DNA of 64,000 nucleotides, from positions 7,461 through 71,460 of the forward strand of contig JBAZNR010000001.1 in assembly GCA_041649175.1 (NCBI GenBank), given 5' to 3'. Position numbers and translations under genes: made by a program. This DNA is from Candidatus Omnitrophota bacterium. Its GTDB lineage: Bacteria > Omnitrophota > Gorgyraeia > Zapsychrales > JBAZNR01. This document shows positions 9,754 through 19,703 of the stretch, one piece after another; within the stretch, counting starts at the first letter, position 1; each line of letters starts with the position of its first letter. Below the pieces are notes generated by a model. It saw only the letters and a list, made by a program, of their open reading frames with translations, searched no databases and was not told the origin of the DNA.

Positions 9754-10232
9754 ATTTTTAACCTAAGGGACTGAACATATCCTAACGCGAGCGCCAAAGC
9801 ATCACTGGCATCCGGCGTTAGTTTTTTCGTATCAATGTTAAGGATGTGGGCAACCATGTTTTGTGTTTGTATTTTTGATGCCGCTCCGCTTCCCACCACG
9901 GCTTTTCGGATACGCTTAACACTATGCTCAACAAGTTTGACATCACGCTGTGCGCACAACAGGCAAATAACGCCGCGCACATGGCCTAGGATACAGGCGA
10001 TGGTCGCATGATGATAATGCGTGTAAAGTTTTTCCAGGACCATAACATCCGGCTTATATTCGGCAAGGATTTCATTGAGGGTTTTATAGACAATGCCAAG
10101 CCTATTTTGAATTAAATCTTTTTCTTTCGTTTCGATCGTTCCGGCTTCTAAAACCTTAAGTTTATTTCCATTAAAATCAATAAGGCCGTAACCGGTCGTC
10201 TTTAACCCTGGATCAATGCCGAGGATCTTCAT
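9750..10232 (-). CDS. ruvC: Holliday junction resolvase RuvC
   Basis: MKILGIDPGLKTTGYGLIDF RNase-H-fold start. 4-nt overlap with ruvA. Confidence 0.9.
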   Translation of the reverse strand: MKILGIDPGLKTTGYGLIDFNGNKLKVLEAGTIETKEKDLIQNRLGIVYKTLNEILAEYKPDVMVLEKLYTHYHHATIACILGHVRGVICLLCAQRDVKLVEHSVKRIRKAVVGSGAASKIQTQNMVAHILNIDTKKLTPDASDALALALGYVQSLRLKI

Positions 10233-10241
10233 TGAGCTCTT

Positions 10242-10988
10242 TTAGGAAATACTTTCCATCACATCATCGGGAATATCAAAATTCGCATAAACCGACTGAA
10301 CATCTTCGTGCTCTTCAAGCATTTCCATCAAACTTAAAACTTGTTTGGCGTCATCGCCTAAGACTTTAACCGTTGAACTAGGGATCATCGTAGTCTCGGC
10401 TGTTTGTGTCGGAATATTGTGCTTTTGCAAAGCGGCTTTAACAGCTTCAAGGACTGTGGAATCACAATAAATTTCATAAGCATCACTTTCGGTTCTTAAA
10501 TCATCCGCTCCGGCATCCAGAACAATTCCCATCAGATCGTCTTCTTTAGCTTTTGTTTTTTCGACCGTAATAAATCCTTTTTTAGAAAACATCCACGCCG
10601 TGCTTCCGGCGCCGGCTAGGCTTCCGTTTTTCTTAGCTAAAATGTTGCGAACTTCGGCAGTCGTGCGATTCTTGTTATCTGTTAATGTTTCAACCATGAT
10701 CGCAACTCCGCCGGGCGCGTAACCTTCAAAAATAGCCGTTTCATAAACAACGCCAGGTAATTCGCCGGTCCCTTTTTTAATAGCATTTTCGATATTGGTC
10801 GCGGGCATATTAATTCCTTTTGCCCTCTGCATTGCTGCGCGCAGACGAACATTGGTTTCTGTATTGCCGCCGCCATCTTTAGCTGCTGCTGTAATTTCGC
10901 GAATGATCTTACTGAACGCAGCACCAACCTTAGCGTCGGTTGCCGCTTTTTTGTGCTTAATTTTTGCCCACTTCGAATGACCTGACAT
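10242..10988 (-). CDS. yebC: YebC/PmpR-family DNA-binding transcriptional regulator
   Basis: MSGHSKWAKIKHKKAATDAKVG... canonical YebC N-terminus, 248 aa. Confidence 0.9.
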   Translation of the reverse strand: MSGHSKWAKIKHKKAATDAKVGAAFSKIIREITAAAKDGGGNTETNVRLRAAMQRAKGINMPATNIENAIKKGTGELPGVVYETAIFEGYAPGGVAIMVETLTDNKNRTTAEVRNILAKKNGSLAGAGSTAWMFSKKGFITVEKTKAKEDDLMGIVLDAGADDLRTESDAYEIYCDSTVLEAVKAALQKHNIPTQTAETTMIPSSTVKVLGDDAKQVLSLMEMLEEHEDVQSVYANFDIPDDVMESIS

Positions 10989-11039
10989 TGTAATTCCCCC
11001 TTATAATTTTCCTGTTTTTACGTACTCGTTTTACATTTA

Positions 11040-11468
11040 AAAGAACAGGCCAGTAAGCCGAGTTCTGTTCCTCTCGATTTTTTCATAGGCGAGATCGACG
11101 GTTATTCGACTAACTCTAAAGATTGCTCTCTAGACTCTTGCAGCCTACCCGGAAATTCTAACGAAGCGGATAAACTTCGTTTCGGCGATAAAGCCGAATC
11201 TTTCCCTATTTGGCCTTGCTCCATACAGAGATTGCTCGTTTCACTCTTCCTGATGATGCTTTGGCAAAAAATCCTTTCGGATTTTTTGCCAATAGGAAGT
11301 ATCGTCACTGTGGCTCTGATCCTTGGTTCGCTTACGCTTTGATTTGAAATTGCAACGCAATTTCAAATCAGTGAACCAGTCCCGCATTATCGGGATGTAT
11401 TATCCTTTGGAGCTCGGACTTTCCTCCCCAATGTTAAACATCGGGGCAACCATCTTGGCCTGTTCTTT
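11040..11468 (-). ncRNA. rnpB: RNase P RNA (bacterial type A)
   Basis: Minus strand contains GGAGGAAAGUCCGAGCUCC (P4 5' strand), GCAAGGCCAAAUAGGGAAAG, and ACAGAACUCGGCUUACUGG (P4 3' strand). Closed by a P1 helix: GAACAGGCCA at 11465..11456 pairs with UGGCCUGUUC at 11052..11043. Confidence 0.85.
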
Positions 11469-11852
11469 TTTTATGGCCGCAGACGCCAATTTATCTGCGT
11501 CGCAATTTTTTTCCCTGGGCACATGCCGGATATCAATTGATTTAAATCCTTCGGACAAATGCGTAACGAGAATATTCAAAAACTTTAAATTCGGATTCTT
11601 TATCTTATATTCGCCTTTAACCTGACGACAAAGCAATTCGCTATCTGTATTGATCTTGACCGTGTCAGCGCGTAGTATCAATGCTTCCTGGAGGGCATAA
11701 ATTAATGCCGCATATTCGGCAATGTTATTGGTCGCGTAACCAATCGGTTGGGAAATATTTTTAATGACCTCGCCGTTTTGCATCACAACGATCCCGACCG
11801 CTGCCGGCCCGGGATTTCCTTGACAACCACCATCGATATAAAACTCTAGCAT
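11400..11852 (-). CDS. rnhA: Ribonuclease HI
   Basis: 150 aa. DGGCQGNPGPAAVGIV ... NNIAEYAALIYAL ... DSELL ... NCDADKLA RNase H catalytic signature. The last ~22 codons run into the 5' region of rnpB. Confidence 0.8.
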   Translation of the reverse strand: MLEFYIDGGCQGNPGPAAVGIVVMQNGEVIKNISQPIGYATNNIAEYAALIYALQEALILRADTVKINTDSELLCRQVKGEYKIKNPNLKFLNILVTHLSEGFKSIDIRHVPREKNCDADKLASAAIKKEQAKMVAPMFNIGEESPSSKG

Positions 11853-11858
11853 TGTTTT

Positions 11859-12584
11859 TTAAAGATCGTCTTCCAGGTAAAGCACGCGAGCACACATCTC
11901 ACAAAAAACCAGCCGGTCGTGCATCTTGATCTCATTGATCACCTGCGCCGGGACATTCATGAAACACCCGCCGCAAGATCCGTTTCTAACCGGAACAAGC
12001 GCTAAACCTTCCTTATTTTCTAAAACTCTCTCATAGCGAGAGAGATTGGTCTTTTCAATGTCAGGGATGATTTGATTGCGCTTGGCTTCTAAGGCCTTGG
12101 TCTTTTCCTGCAGATCCTGAATAAGAGCATCAACTTCTTTTTTTTGAGAAAGATATTTCTTTTCTTCTTCAGCAAGAAACCCTTTTTCCTTTTCGATCAA
12201 AGCGCTAACTTGATCACTTTCATCATACGATAAAAGGATTTTCTCTTCGATGATCGATTTATCGGCTTTTAAACTTTCGATCTCTGTTAATTTCGCGTGA
12301 TATTCCTTATTGGTTTTAAGAAGCGAAAGTTGCGCGTTATGCTTAAGGATATCTCCTTCTTTACTCTGCAGTTCAAGCTCTTTAGATTTACGGTCAACTT
12401 GAACGGTTTTTAGCTTATCTTCCAGATTCTTTAAACTTGTTTTTTTGTCCTCAAATTGCTTTTTGAGATCTTCAATATAAAGCGGTTTTTCCCTTAACTC
12501 TTTTTTGTGATGAAATATTTCCGCGTCAATCGTCTGCAGCTCAACTAACCTTTTCAATTGATCTCTGATGGAAGTAACGGCCAC
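11859..12584 (-). CDS. Coiled-coil protein with a C-terminal C4 zinc ribbon (COG1579/DUF164-like)
   Basis: Long heptad-rich region, then CGGCFMNVP...CEMCARVLY. Immediately upstream of rnhA. Confidence 0.7.
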   Translation of the reverse strand: MAVTSIRDQLKRLVELQTIDAEIFHHKKELREKPLYIEDLKKQFEDKKTSLKNLEDKLKTVQVDRKSKELELQSKEGDILKHNAQLSLLKTNKEYHAKLTEIESLKADKSIIEEKILLSYDESDQVSALIEKEKGFLAEEEKKYLSQKKEVDALIQDLQEKTKALEAKRNQIIPDIEKTNLSRYERVLENKEGLALVPVRNGSCGGCFMNVPAQVINEIKMHDRLVFCEMCARVLYLEDDL

Positions 12585-12645
12585 GATAGTCCTTTTAGAT
12601 TACCTAAGTTATTATTACAAAACGATTTAACTTCTGTCAAAAAAC

Positions 12646-12722
12646 TGGTGGGCACAGAAGGACTCGAACCTTCGACCTCTGCCATGTGAGGGCAGCACTC
12701 TAACCAGCTGAGCTATGTGCCC
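12646..12722 (-). tRNA. tRNA-Val (anticodon CAC), CCA encoded
   Basis: Minus strand: GGGCACATAGCTCAGCTGGTTAGAGTGCTGCCCTCACATGGCAGAGGTCGAAGGTTCGAGTCCTTCTGTGCCCACCA. Cloverleaf with 7-bp acceptor stem and TPsiC loop GGTTCGAGTCC. Confidence 0.9.
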
Positions 12723-12777
12723 AAAACCTTCCGTCCCACAACTAAAATTCAAATGATTTGACCCTGCTCACATTCGC

Positions 12778-12851
12778 TGGGCCCACCAGGACTCGAACCT
12801 GGGACCAATTGATTATGAGTCAACTGCTCTAACCGCCTGAGCTATGGGCCC
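12778..12851 (-). tRNA. tRNA-Met (anticodon CAU; elongator Met or tRNA-Ile2 precursor), CCA not encoded
   Basis: Minus strand: GGGCCCATAGCTCAGGCGGTTAGAGCAGTTGACTCATAATCAATTGGTCCCAGGTTCGAGTCCTGGTGGGCCCA. Anticodon loop CUCAUAA. The anticodon stem lacks the three G-C pairs of initiator tRNA. Confidence 0.85.
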
Positions 12852-12943
12852 GGAAAATTATATTTTCCAGTTAAATGAAGAGGTATTTTACTATCAAAAG
12901 CCTTTTTCCGCAAGAAAAAATATTGGCCCAATTAATTTAAAAT

Positions 12944-12971
12944 TGGTAAAAAATCCATATTTTTGTATAAT
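12944..12971 (+). promoter_or_regulatory. Sigma70-like promoter upstream of the carbamoyltransferase gene
   Basis: TTGGTA (12944-12949), 16-17-nt spacer, TGTATAAT extended -10 (TATAAT 12966-12971). About 75 nt upstream of the ATG at 13046. Confidence 0.4.
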
Positions 12972-13045
12972 AGATAGTCCTTTGGCAAGCTTTTGGACAA
13001 TGCTAAAAGATGCCACTAAAACCAGTAAAAATCAAATAAAAAGTA

Positions 13046-14869
13046 TTGGCTATGAACATCTTAGGAATTTCTGCTTTTTATCATGATAGCGCCGCTTGCC
13101 TTGTCCAAAATGGCAAGATCATCTCTGCCGCCCAAGAAGAACGCTTTACCCGGAAAAAACATGACCACTCTTTTCCTGTCAACGCCATCCGTTTCTGTTT
13201 AGAACACAGCCGCCTCAATTCAAAAGACATCGACCTGGTCGCTTTTTATGATAAACCTTTCATAAAATTTGAACGTATCCTTCAAACTTATCTAGCTTAT
13301 GCGCCGCTAGGTATTAATTCCTTCCTTAAATCCATGCCTTTGTGGATCAAGCAAAAGATCTGGATGAAAGAGCTGATCAGCCGGGAACTTTCTTTTGGCG
13401 GAAAGATCATCTTCCCCGAACATCATCAATCCCACGCGGCTTCGGCATTTTTTCCTTCTCCGTTTAAAAAAGCTGCCTTTTTGACCATTGACGGTGTGGG
13501 TGAATGGGCGACAACCAGTTACGGCGTCGGAGAGGACAATCAGCTTCAGATCTTAGAAGAGATCCATTTCCCGCATTCGCTAGGACTTTTGTATTCGGCA
13601 TTTACCTATTATCTTGGTTTTAAGGTTAATTCCGGCGAATATAAAGTGATGGGGCTGGCTCCTTACGGAAAACCGATTTACAAAGACTTGATCTTGTCTC
13701 ACTTGATCGATCTTAAAGCTGACGGCTCTTTCAAGATGGATATGAGTTATTTTAATTATTGTGTCGGTTTAACGATGACCAGCGGACGGTTTCACAAGCT
13801 CTTTGGAGGCCCGCCCCGAAAACCGGAATCCCCTCTTCAGCAACATCATATGGATATCGCCCGTTCTCTACAGGAAGTTACCGAAGAGATTATGCTGCGC
13901 ATGGCACATCATGTTCACAAAAAAACAGGGCAGAAAAATCTTTGCCTGGCAGGCGGCGTTGCCTTAAACTGCGTTGCCAACGGCCGCATCTTAAATGAAG
14001 GGCCTTTTGAAAACATTTGGATACAACCTGCTGCCGGTGATGCCGGAGGAGCTTTGGGCGCGGCTTTGATCGGTTGGCATCAATATTTTGGGAATCCGCG
14101 AACCGCAAACGGACAGAAGGATTCACAGCAAGGTTCTTATCTGGGGCCGTCGTTTAGCGAAAATGAAATTGAATCCTATCTCAAAGAAAGCAATATTTCT
14201 TATACGCGGTTAAGCGATGGACAGATCCCGGAGAAAATCGCCGATCTTCTCAACAGTCAAAAAGTCATTGGATGGTTTTCCGGGCGCATGGAATTTGGGC
14301 CGCGCGCTTTAGGCGCTCGTTCCATTATCGGTGACGCCCGATCAGTTCAAATGCAAGAAACAATGAATTTAAAAATAAAATTCCGGGAAAGCTTTCGCCC
14401 CTTTGCTCCGTCCGTATTAAAAGAGAAGGCAACAGACTACTTTGATCTTAAATCAGAAAGCGATTATATGCTTTTGGTCGCTTCGGTAACCGAAAAACAG
14501 CGCCTGAACGTTTCCGAGAGCGATAAAAGCCTTTTTGGCATTCATCAGCTTCGCGTTGCTCGGTCCACTATTCCGGCTGTAACCCACGTTGATTATTCGG
14601 CCCGCGTTCAAACCGTCGATCAACACAACCATCCGCTTTTTTATCGGATGATCAAGAAGTTCGATGAGAAATGCAATTGCCCTGTCATCGTCAATACATC
14701 ATTTAACGTTCGGGGAGAGCCTATAGTTTGTACGCCAAAAGACGCCTATCTTTGTTTTATGCGCACCAATATGGATTATCTTCTTTTGGGAAATTTCCTT
14801 TTAGAAAAAGAAAAACAGATCCCGCTCAATAAAGATATCGACTGGCTGCGGGAATTTGAATTGGATTAA
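13046..14869 (+). CDS. Carbamoyltransferase, NodU/CmcH/TobZ family
   Basis: 607 aa. N-terminal MAMNILGISAFYHDSAACLVQNGKIISAAQEERFTRKKHDH (Kae1/YgjD-like carbamoyltransferase N domain), and a C-terminal carbamoyl-phosphate/ATP-binding domain. Confidence 0.85.
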   Translation: MAMNILGISAFYHDSAACLVQNGKIISAAQEERFTRKKHDHSFPVNAIRFCLEHSRLNSKDIDLVAFYDKPFIKFERILQTYLAYAPLGINSFLKSMPLWIKQKIWMKELISRELSFGGKIIFPEHHQSHAASAFFPSPFKKAAFLTIDGVGEWATTSYGVGEDNQLQILEEIHFPHSLGLLYSAFTYYLGFKVNSGEYKVMGLAPYGKPIYKDLILSHLIDLKADGSFKMDMSYFNYCVGLTMTSGRFHKLFGGPPRKPESPLQQHHMDIARSLQEVTEEIMLRMAHHVHKKTGQKNLCLAGGVALNCVANGRILNEGPFENIWIQPAAGDAGGALGAALIGWHQYFGNPRTANGQKDSQQGSYLGPSFSENEIESYLKESNISYTRLSDGQIPEKIADLLNSQKVIGWFSGRMEFGPRALGARSIIGDARSVQMQETMNLKIKFRESFRPFAPSVLKEKATDYFDLKSESDYMLLVASVTEKQRLNVSESDKSLFGIHQLRVARSTIPAVTHVDYSARVQTVDQHNHPLFYRMIKKFDEKCNCPVIVNTSFNVRGEPIVCTPKDAYLCFMRTNMDYLLLGNFLLEKEKQIPLNKDIDWLREFELD

Positions 14870-14872
14870 ATT

Positions 14873-15289
14873 ATGAGTTACGAAACAAAGAATATTGAAA
14901 CCGAAAAGAATGAGTGGCGCCGCTTTGGCATTTCTTTTGGTGTAGGGATGCTTATTCTTGGCGGATTACTTTTTCTTAAGGGAACGCATTATTATTTATA
15001 CCTTTGGCCCATTAGTGTTGCGGCTTTTTCTGCTGCAATTTTTTGTCCGCAAGCATTAAAGCCAGTTCACAAAGTATTTTCTTTCGTCGGAACTTTCTTA
15101 GGATGGCTTCTAACCGCCGTCATCCTGATTTTTATCTTTTATATCGTCATGACACCGATTGGGATTATTTTAAGGATTTTGGGGAAAGACACCCTACAGA
15201 TAAAGCTTAAAAACCCAAACGCACAAAGCTACTGGATCACAAAAAACACTTCCCCGGTAGAAGAAACCTCTTACGAAAAACAATACTAG
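14873..15289 (+). CDS. Small integral membrane protein, the usual partner of NodU-type carbamoyltransferases (SxtJ-like?)
   Basis: 138 aa, 3 predicted TM helices, separated from the carbamoyltransferase by a 3-nt gap. The family name is tentative. Confidence 0.5.
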   Translation: MSYETKNIETEKNEWRRFGISFGVGMLILGGLLFLKGTHYYLYLWPISVAAFSAAIFCPQALKPVHKVFSFVGTFLGWLLTAVILIFIFYIVMTPIGIILRILGKDTLQIKLKNPNAQSYWITKNTSPVEETSYEKQY

Positions 15290-15302
15290 TTTCTAGAAAA
15301 AT

Positions 15303-15352
15303 AAAGGCGCCCCCACTGTTTTGCAAAGCAAAACAGTGGGGGCGCCTTTTCC
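15303..15352. terminator. Bidirectional rho-independent terminator between convergent genes
   Basis: AAAGGCGCCCCCACTGTTTTGC aaagc AAAACAGTGGGGGCGCCTTTT. About 20-bp GC-rich stem flanked by A/T runs on both sides. Confidence 0.7.
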
Positions 15353-15371
15353 CTGCAAACCTATTTTCTCT

Positions 15372-16958
15372 TTACAGCATTCCTTCCCCTTCACGAACCG
15401 CCATATCCAAAAAGCTTTTTAATCGGCGTGAGCGGGTGGGGTGCCTTAACTTTCTTAAAGCCTTTGATTCAATTTGCCGTACACGTTCACGGGTCACGTT
15501 AAATTCACTGCCAACCTCTTCCAAGGTTCGGCTTGAACCGTCATGGATTCCGAAACGAAGCTCCAATATTTTTCGTTCCCGTTCGGCTAGAGTATTTAAG
15601 ACGCCGCCAATTTCATCTTTAAGCATCGAATGAAGTGTCGCATTGGCTGGAGAAACAGCTTTTTTATCTTCAATGAAATCGCCAAAATGCGTATCCCCCT
15701 CATCACCAATAGGTGTTTGCAGAGAGATCGGAACTTGAGAAATCTTTAAGATCTCTTTCACCTTGCCGATAGGAATTCGCATTTGCTTGGCAATTTCTTG
15801 AGCCATCGGTTCACGGCCGTATTCTTGAACAAAGAGCCGAGAGACACGAATGATCTTATTGATCGTTTCCGTCATGTGTACAGGAATGCGGATCGTTCTT
15901 GCCTGATCAGCGATAGAACGCGTAATAGCCTGCCTGATCCACCAGGTGGCATAGGTTGAAAATTTATAACCTCTTTGATATTCGAACTTTTCAACCGCCC
16001 GGATAAGCCCCATGTTCCCTTCCTGAATAAGATCAAGAAAAGAAAGCCCGCGGTTAATATACTTTTTGGCAATACTGACAACCAAGCGTAAGTTCGCTTC
16101 AACCAAAAGTTTTTTGGCCTTATTAAATTTTGATTGACGGATCTTAATGATCCGCAGCTGGTCTTTGACATGATTAACGGGCTCATCTAATTCTTTTAAT
16201 AACTGACGCTTTTCTTCCTTCAATTTAGTCAGTTGAGCCGCTTTTTTTTGCGCCTTCATCATCCGTTCAACCCGGTCAATGTTGAATAAAATATCCGTCA
16301 GCTTGACAACGATATCTTCATTGATCGAAGAAGTTAGTTTAAACTTAGCGATAATTCTCGCCGAGCTTTCCGAACCGATCCGAGAATGGCGCGCCTCATG
16401 AATAAGCCTGGTGAGATCCTTAATAAGCTTAGGCCGGCGTTCTAGTTCATCTTTGATAACGTCCTCGACGTTAATTTCCCCTTTTAGAACCTCATTGATG
16501 ATCGTAATAGCTTCTTTGCGGGCAAAGGTTATTTTAAATAATGATTCCGCAAAACGGTTTTCAGCTTCTTCAATTCTTTTCGCTAAATTGATTTCGTTTT
16601 CACGAGACAGAAGAGGAATGGAACCCATTTGCTTTAAATACATCTTAACGGGATCATCCAACGGAATAAATTTCTCCGAATAGACATTAACGTTTTCTTC
16701 TTTGGCTTGCTCTTCTCGAAGGCGCAAGATCTCTTGTTCACGCGCATCGTCCCCGGAGCTTTCTTCCGGCGCGTTTTCGGATTCCACCACTTTGATCTCT
16801 TTGTCTTCCAAGATGTCAAAAACTTCATCAATATCGCTGGAAGAACCGACATCGTCGGAAAGGACTTCATTGACTTCGTCGTAAGTCAAGAATCCCTTGC
16901 TTTTCCCAAGCGTTATCAGTTTTTCTACATCTTGTTTCAATTCCTTATTTTTCATCAT
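15372..16958 (-). CDS. rpoD: RNA polymerase primary sigma factor (sigma-70)
   Basis: Regions 1.2-4 are present: [54 protein letters not shown], and the region 4.2 HTH. Confidence 0.95.
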   Translation of the reverse strand: MMKNKELKQDVEKLITLGKSKGFLTYDEVNEVLSDDVGSSSDIDEVFDILEDKEIKVVESENAPEESSGDDAREQEILRLREEQAKEENVNVYSEKFIPLDDPVKMYLKQMGSIPLLSRENEINLAKRIEEAENRFAESLFKITFARKEAITIINEVLKGEINVEDVIKDELERRPKLIKDLTRLIHEARHSRIGSESSARIIAKFKLTSSINEDIVVKLTDILFNIDRVERMMKAQKKAAQLTKLKEEKRQLLKELDEPVNHVKDQLRIIKIRQSKFNKAKKLLVEANLRLVVSIAKKYINRGLSFLDLIQEGNMGLIRAVEKFEYQRGYKFSTYATWWIRQAITRSIADQARTIRIPVHMTETINKIIRVSRLFVQEYGREPMAQEIAKQMRIPIGKVKEILKISQVPISLQTPIGDEGDTHFGDFIEDKKAVSPANATLHSMLKDEIGGVLNTLAERERKILELRFGIHDGSSRTLEEVGSEFNVTRERVRQIESKALRKLRHPTRSRRLKSFLDMAVREGEGML

Positions 16959-18728
16959 TTACCTCTTGATCAACTGGTTAAACTGATGTTTAAGTTCATC
17001 TAATTTGTTGCTATCGCCGGACATTTCGGCGTCTTTGATCTGCCCTAAAAGATCCTGGCGTTTTGATTTCGCCTGATCTGATTTGATACGATTGACAAAA
17101 TCATGGAACATTTTTTCTTTATCGCCAGTTAACGCCTCATCGGACGCCGTTAATTGGGCGATCATCGTAGCAACAGCCCCCTCGCCAATCGTATTGATAA
17201 GATTTGCCGCTGTTGCCTCTTGTCCTTGGTCAACTAAAAATAAGATCTTTCCGATGATCTGCCGGATATCTTTATCGTGAAAATCGTCCGCTTGAACACG
17301 ATCTTTCAAAAGCGGAATAAGGCTTTCATCTGATAATAATAACTTCAATAGGTTTCGTTCGACAATACGCGCCTTGATAAACGGCGCTACCAGCGGCGCG
17401 ATCTTTTCTTCTCTTGAATTCAATTGCGGAACTTTTTGTAATTCCGTCAGCAAAGCCTGCTCGGGGATCGCCAAAAGGCTTGATAACTGTTTAATATAGC
17501 CAAACTTCATAACGGCATTTTTAAACTTGGCGATCGTTGGAAGCATTTCTTTGGCAATGGATGCTTTGCCTTCAACCGTTTTATGGCTATACTTGCCCAT
17601 TAACGTTTTTAATTTATATTCAATGAGCGGTTGAGCTTGGGCAATACGCTCATTAAATTCTTCTACGCCAAATTTACGAATAAATGAATCGGGGTCTTCT
17701 CCCGCCGCTAAGATCGCCACCTTCACATTTATTCCTTCCTCGATCAATAGATCAAGGCTTCGGATCATAGCAGATTCTCCTGCTTTGTCCGCATCAAAGA
17801 GCATCACAATATTTTCCGTATAACGGCGGATCAGGCGAATTTGCTCGACAGTCAGCGCCGTTCCTAAAGAAGCGACGATATTATCAACACCGGCCTGGAA
17901 CGGAATAATAAAATCCATATAGCCTTCAACAACGATCGCGAAATCTTTAACACGAACGGCATCTTTGGTCAAATGAAAACCATAGAGATGATTGCCTTTT
18001 GTGTAGATTGGTGTTTCCGGCGAATTAATGTATTTGGCGGCAACTCCCTCTTGCATCGTACGAGCGCCAAAGGCGACACAGCGCGACCTACTATCAAAGA
18101 TCGGAAAAATAATTCGATTTCTAAACCGGTCAAAAAATCCATCACGATTTTCCCTAGGAACGACCAACCCCGCTTTTTCCATTACATTGATCGTAATGTT
18201 TTTTGACCGTAAATGATTGATCAGTTTGTCCCAGCTCTCCGGAGCAAAACCTAGCTGAAATTTCTTAACAATATCTAAATTGATCCCGCGCCCCTTAAGA
18301 TATTTGACAGCCGTGACAACCGATTCATTTTCGGCTAAGGCAAGCGTTGTATGAAAGAAATCAGCCGCTAATTCATTGGCTTGATAAATAAGCTGATTAA
18401 GGCTAGCGACTTTAGGGTCGCTTCTTTCATCGGTCGGTATTTGAATGCCAACTTTTTCGGCTAAAAACCGGACCGCTTCCGGAAATTCCAGACGCTCTTG
18501 CTTGGCAATAAAACTAATAACGTTGCCGCCTTCCCCGCATCCAAAACAATGAAATATTTGCTTATCCGGATTAACAACGAACGAAGGAGTTTTTTCGTGA
18601 TGGAACGGACAATTGGCCTTAAAATTGCGTCCCGCGCGTTTTAAAGGCACGTATCCGGCAACAATTTCCACGATATGGCAACGGTCTAAAACCTGACTAA
18701 TGATCTCTTCGGGAATAAGCCCCATCAA
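16959..18728 (-). CDS. dnaG: DNA primase
   Basis: Zinc-binding CPFHHEKTPSFVVNPDKQIFHCFGCGEGGNVISF, a TOPRIM domain, and a C-terminal DnaB-interaction domain. Directly upstream of rpoD. Confidence 0.95.
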   Translation of the reverse strand: MMGLIPEEIISQVLDRCHIVEIVAGYVPLKRAGRNFKANCPFHHEKTPSFVVNPDKQIFHCFGCGEGGNVISFIAKQERLEFPEAVRFLAEKVGIQIPTDERSDPKVASLNQLIYQANELAADFFHTTLALAENESVVTAVKYLKGRGINLDIVKKFQLGFAPESWDKLINHLRSKNITINVMEKAGLVVPRENRDGFFDRFRNRIIFPIFDSRSRCVAFGARTMQEGVAAKYINSPETPIYTKGNHLYGFHLTKDAVRVKDFAIVVEGYMDFIIPFQAGVDNIVASLGTALTVEQIRLIRRYTENIVMLFDADKAGESAMIRSLDLLIEEGINVKVAILAAGEDPDSFIRKFGVEEFNERIAQAQPLIEYKLKTLMGKYSHKTVEGKASIAKEMLPTIAKFKNAVMKFGYIKQLSSLLAIPEQALLTELQKVPQLNSREEKIAPLVAPFIKARIVERNLLKLLLSDESLIPLLKDRVQADDFHDKDIRQIIGKILFLVDQGQEATAANLINTIGEGAVATMIAQLTASDEALTGDKEKMFHDFVNRIKSDQAKSKRQDLLGQIKDAEMSGDSNKLDELKHQFNQLIKR

Positions 18729-19678
18729 TGCCTCACTCGTTTAAAACCTGAACATGAAATAAATTCAAAATCATCTTTTCGCTCTAACTGATCTAGCAAT
18801 AAATTAATGCCTAAATTATCGCTGGCAATATGCCCGGCAATGATGACATTGATATGTTCTGATTTAATTCGATTGTAATGATCTTCCGATAAATGCATTC
18901 CAACGTAAGTTTTCACGCCAAGCTGAGACATGCGCGCAAAAACTTCTTTGGACCCTTCTGTTCCACCGGTCATATCCACCAAAACTTTTCCTGGTTTATC
19001 AGCCGGTTTCCCGATCAAAATGGTCGGCCCCGCTTTATTGATAACCGCATCTTGATATTCAGGTTCTTTCAACAAAAGGCTGATAATATCACGTAACGAT
19101 CTTGGCTTTGCGGAATCAATTTTCTTCTGCAAATACTGATTCACAAAATTATCGGACGGCGTATGGCAGCATAAAAATGGAATATTAAGCAACCGCGCCG
19201 CATCGACCGCGCGTGTATGATTTCCGCCGTGAAGCCGGCGCGCCACTTCATCCATCCTGGAATCCATAAGCATTTTTGCGATATTCTTTTCCACGCCCAA
19301 ATGATGTAAGATATCCGCTTGCAAACCCATCACATCATAAAGGCCGGCTAACGCGATTCCTTCGGGATGATGGCCGAAAATAAGATCGATCTTCTTTCCC
19401 TTTTGGGACAACCGATCCGCCAAAAGAATTTCGCCAACTTCAATATCAATGCCGACTAAGATCCGCTTAACTTCTAACGAACGGTCACCGAAAAGAACGC
19501 GCGTATCCGAATAAGGATTTGTTAAGCTATCTTTATCAAAGAGCTTTTTTTCTAAACGACTTAAAGACCGGTATTGTTTCTTTGTCTCAGCGAGCTTTGC
19601 GGCAATTTCGCTTTTACGGCGCAAGTCTTTCGCTATGCCTTGCCTGACAAAGAAACCATAGATTTCGCCTAATGTCAA
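18725..19678 (-). CDS. Nif3-family dinuclear metal center protein (YqfO/YbgI-like) with a central insertion
   Basis: GIDIEVGEILLADRLSQKGKKIDLIFGHHPEGIALAGL ... YVGMHLSEDHYNRIKSEHINVIIAGHIASDNLGI. His/Glu metal ligands typical of NIF3. 4-nt overlap with dnaG. Confidence 0.8.
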   Translation of the reverse strand: MTLGEIYGFFVRQGIAKDLRRKSEIAAKLAETKKQYRSLSRLEKKLFDKDSLTNPYSDTRVLFGDRSLEVKRILVGIDIEVGEILLADRLSQKGKKIDLIFGHHPEGIALAGLYDVMGLQADILHHLGVEKNIAKMLMDSRMDEVARRLHGGNHTRAVDAARLLNIPFLCCHTPSDNFVNQYLQKKIDSAKPRSLRDIISLLLKEPEYQDAVINKAGPTILIGKPADKPGKVLVDMTGGTEGSKEVFARMSQLGVKTYVGMHLSEDHYNRIKSEHINVIIAGHIASDNLGINLLLDQLERKDDFEFISCSGFKRVRH

Positions 19679-19703
19679 CTATCAAACCTCAATGAATAAA
19701 ATA

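Noticed and set aside
11102-11625. ORFs 11102..11308 (-) and 11323..11625 (+)
   Set aside because: They lie inside the RNase P RNA gene, whose conserved P4/P1 elements explain the sequence conservation. They are not protein-coding.
12844-13086. 80-aa plus-strand ORF overlapping tRNA-Met and the carbamoyltransferase promoter
   Set aside because: It overlaps a tRNA gene and a promoter and runs into the real carbamoyltransferase start. It is an artefact of the AT-rich intergenic region.
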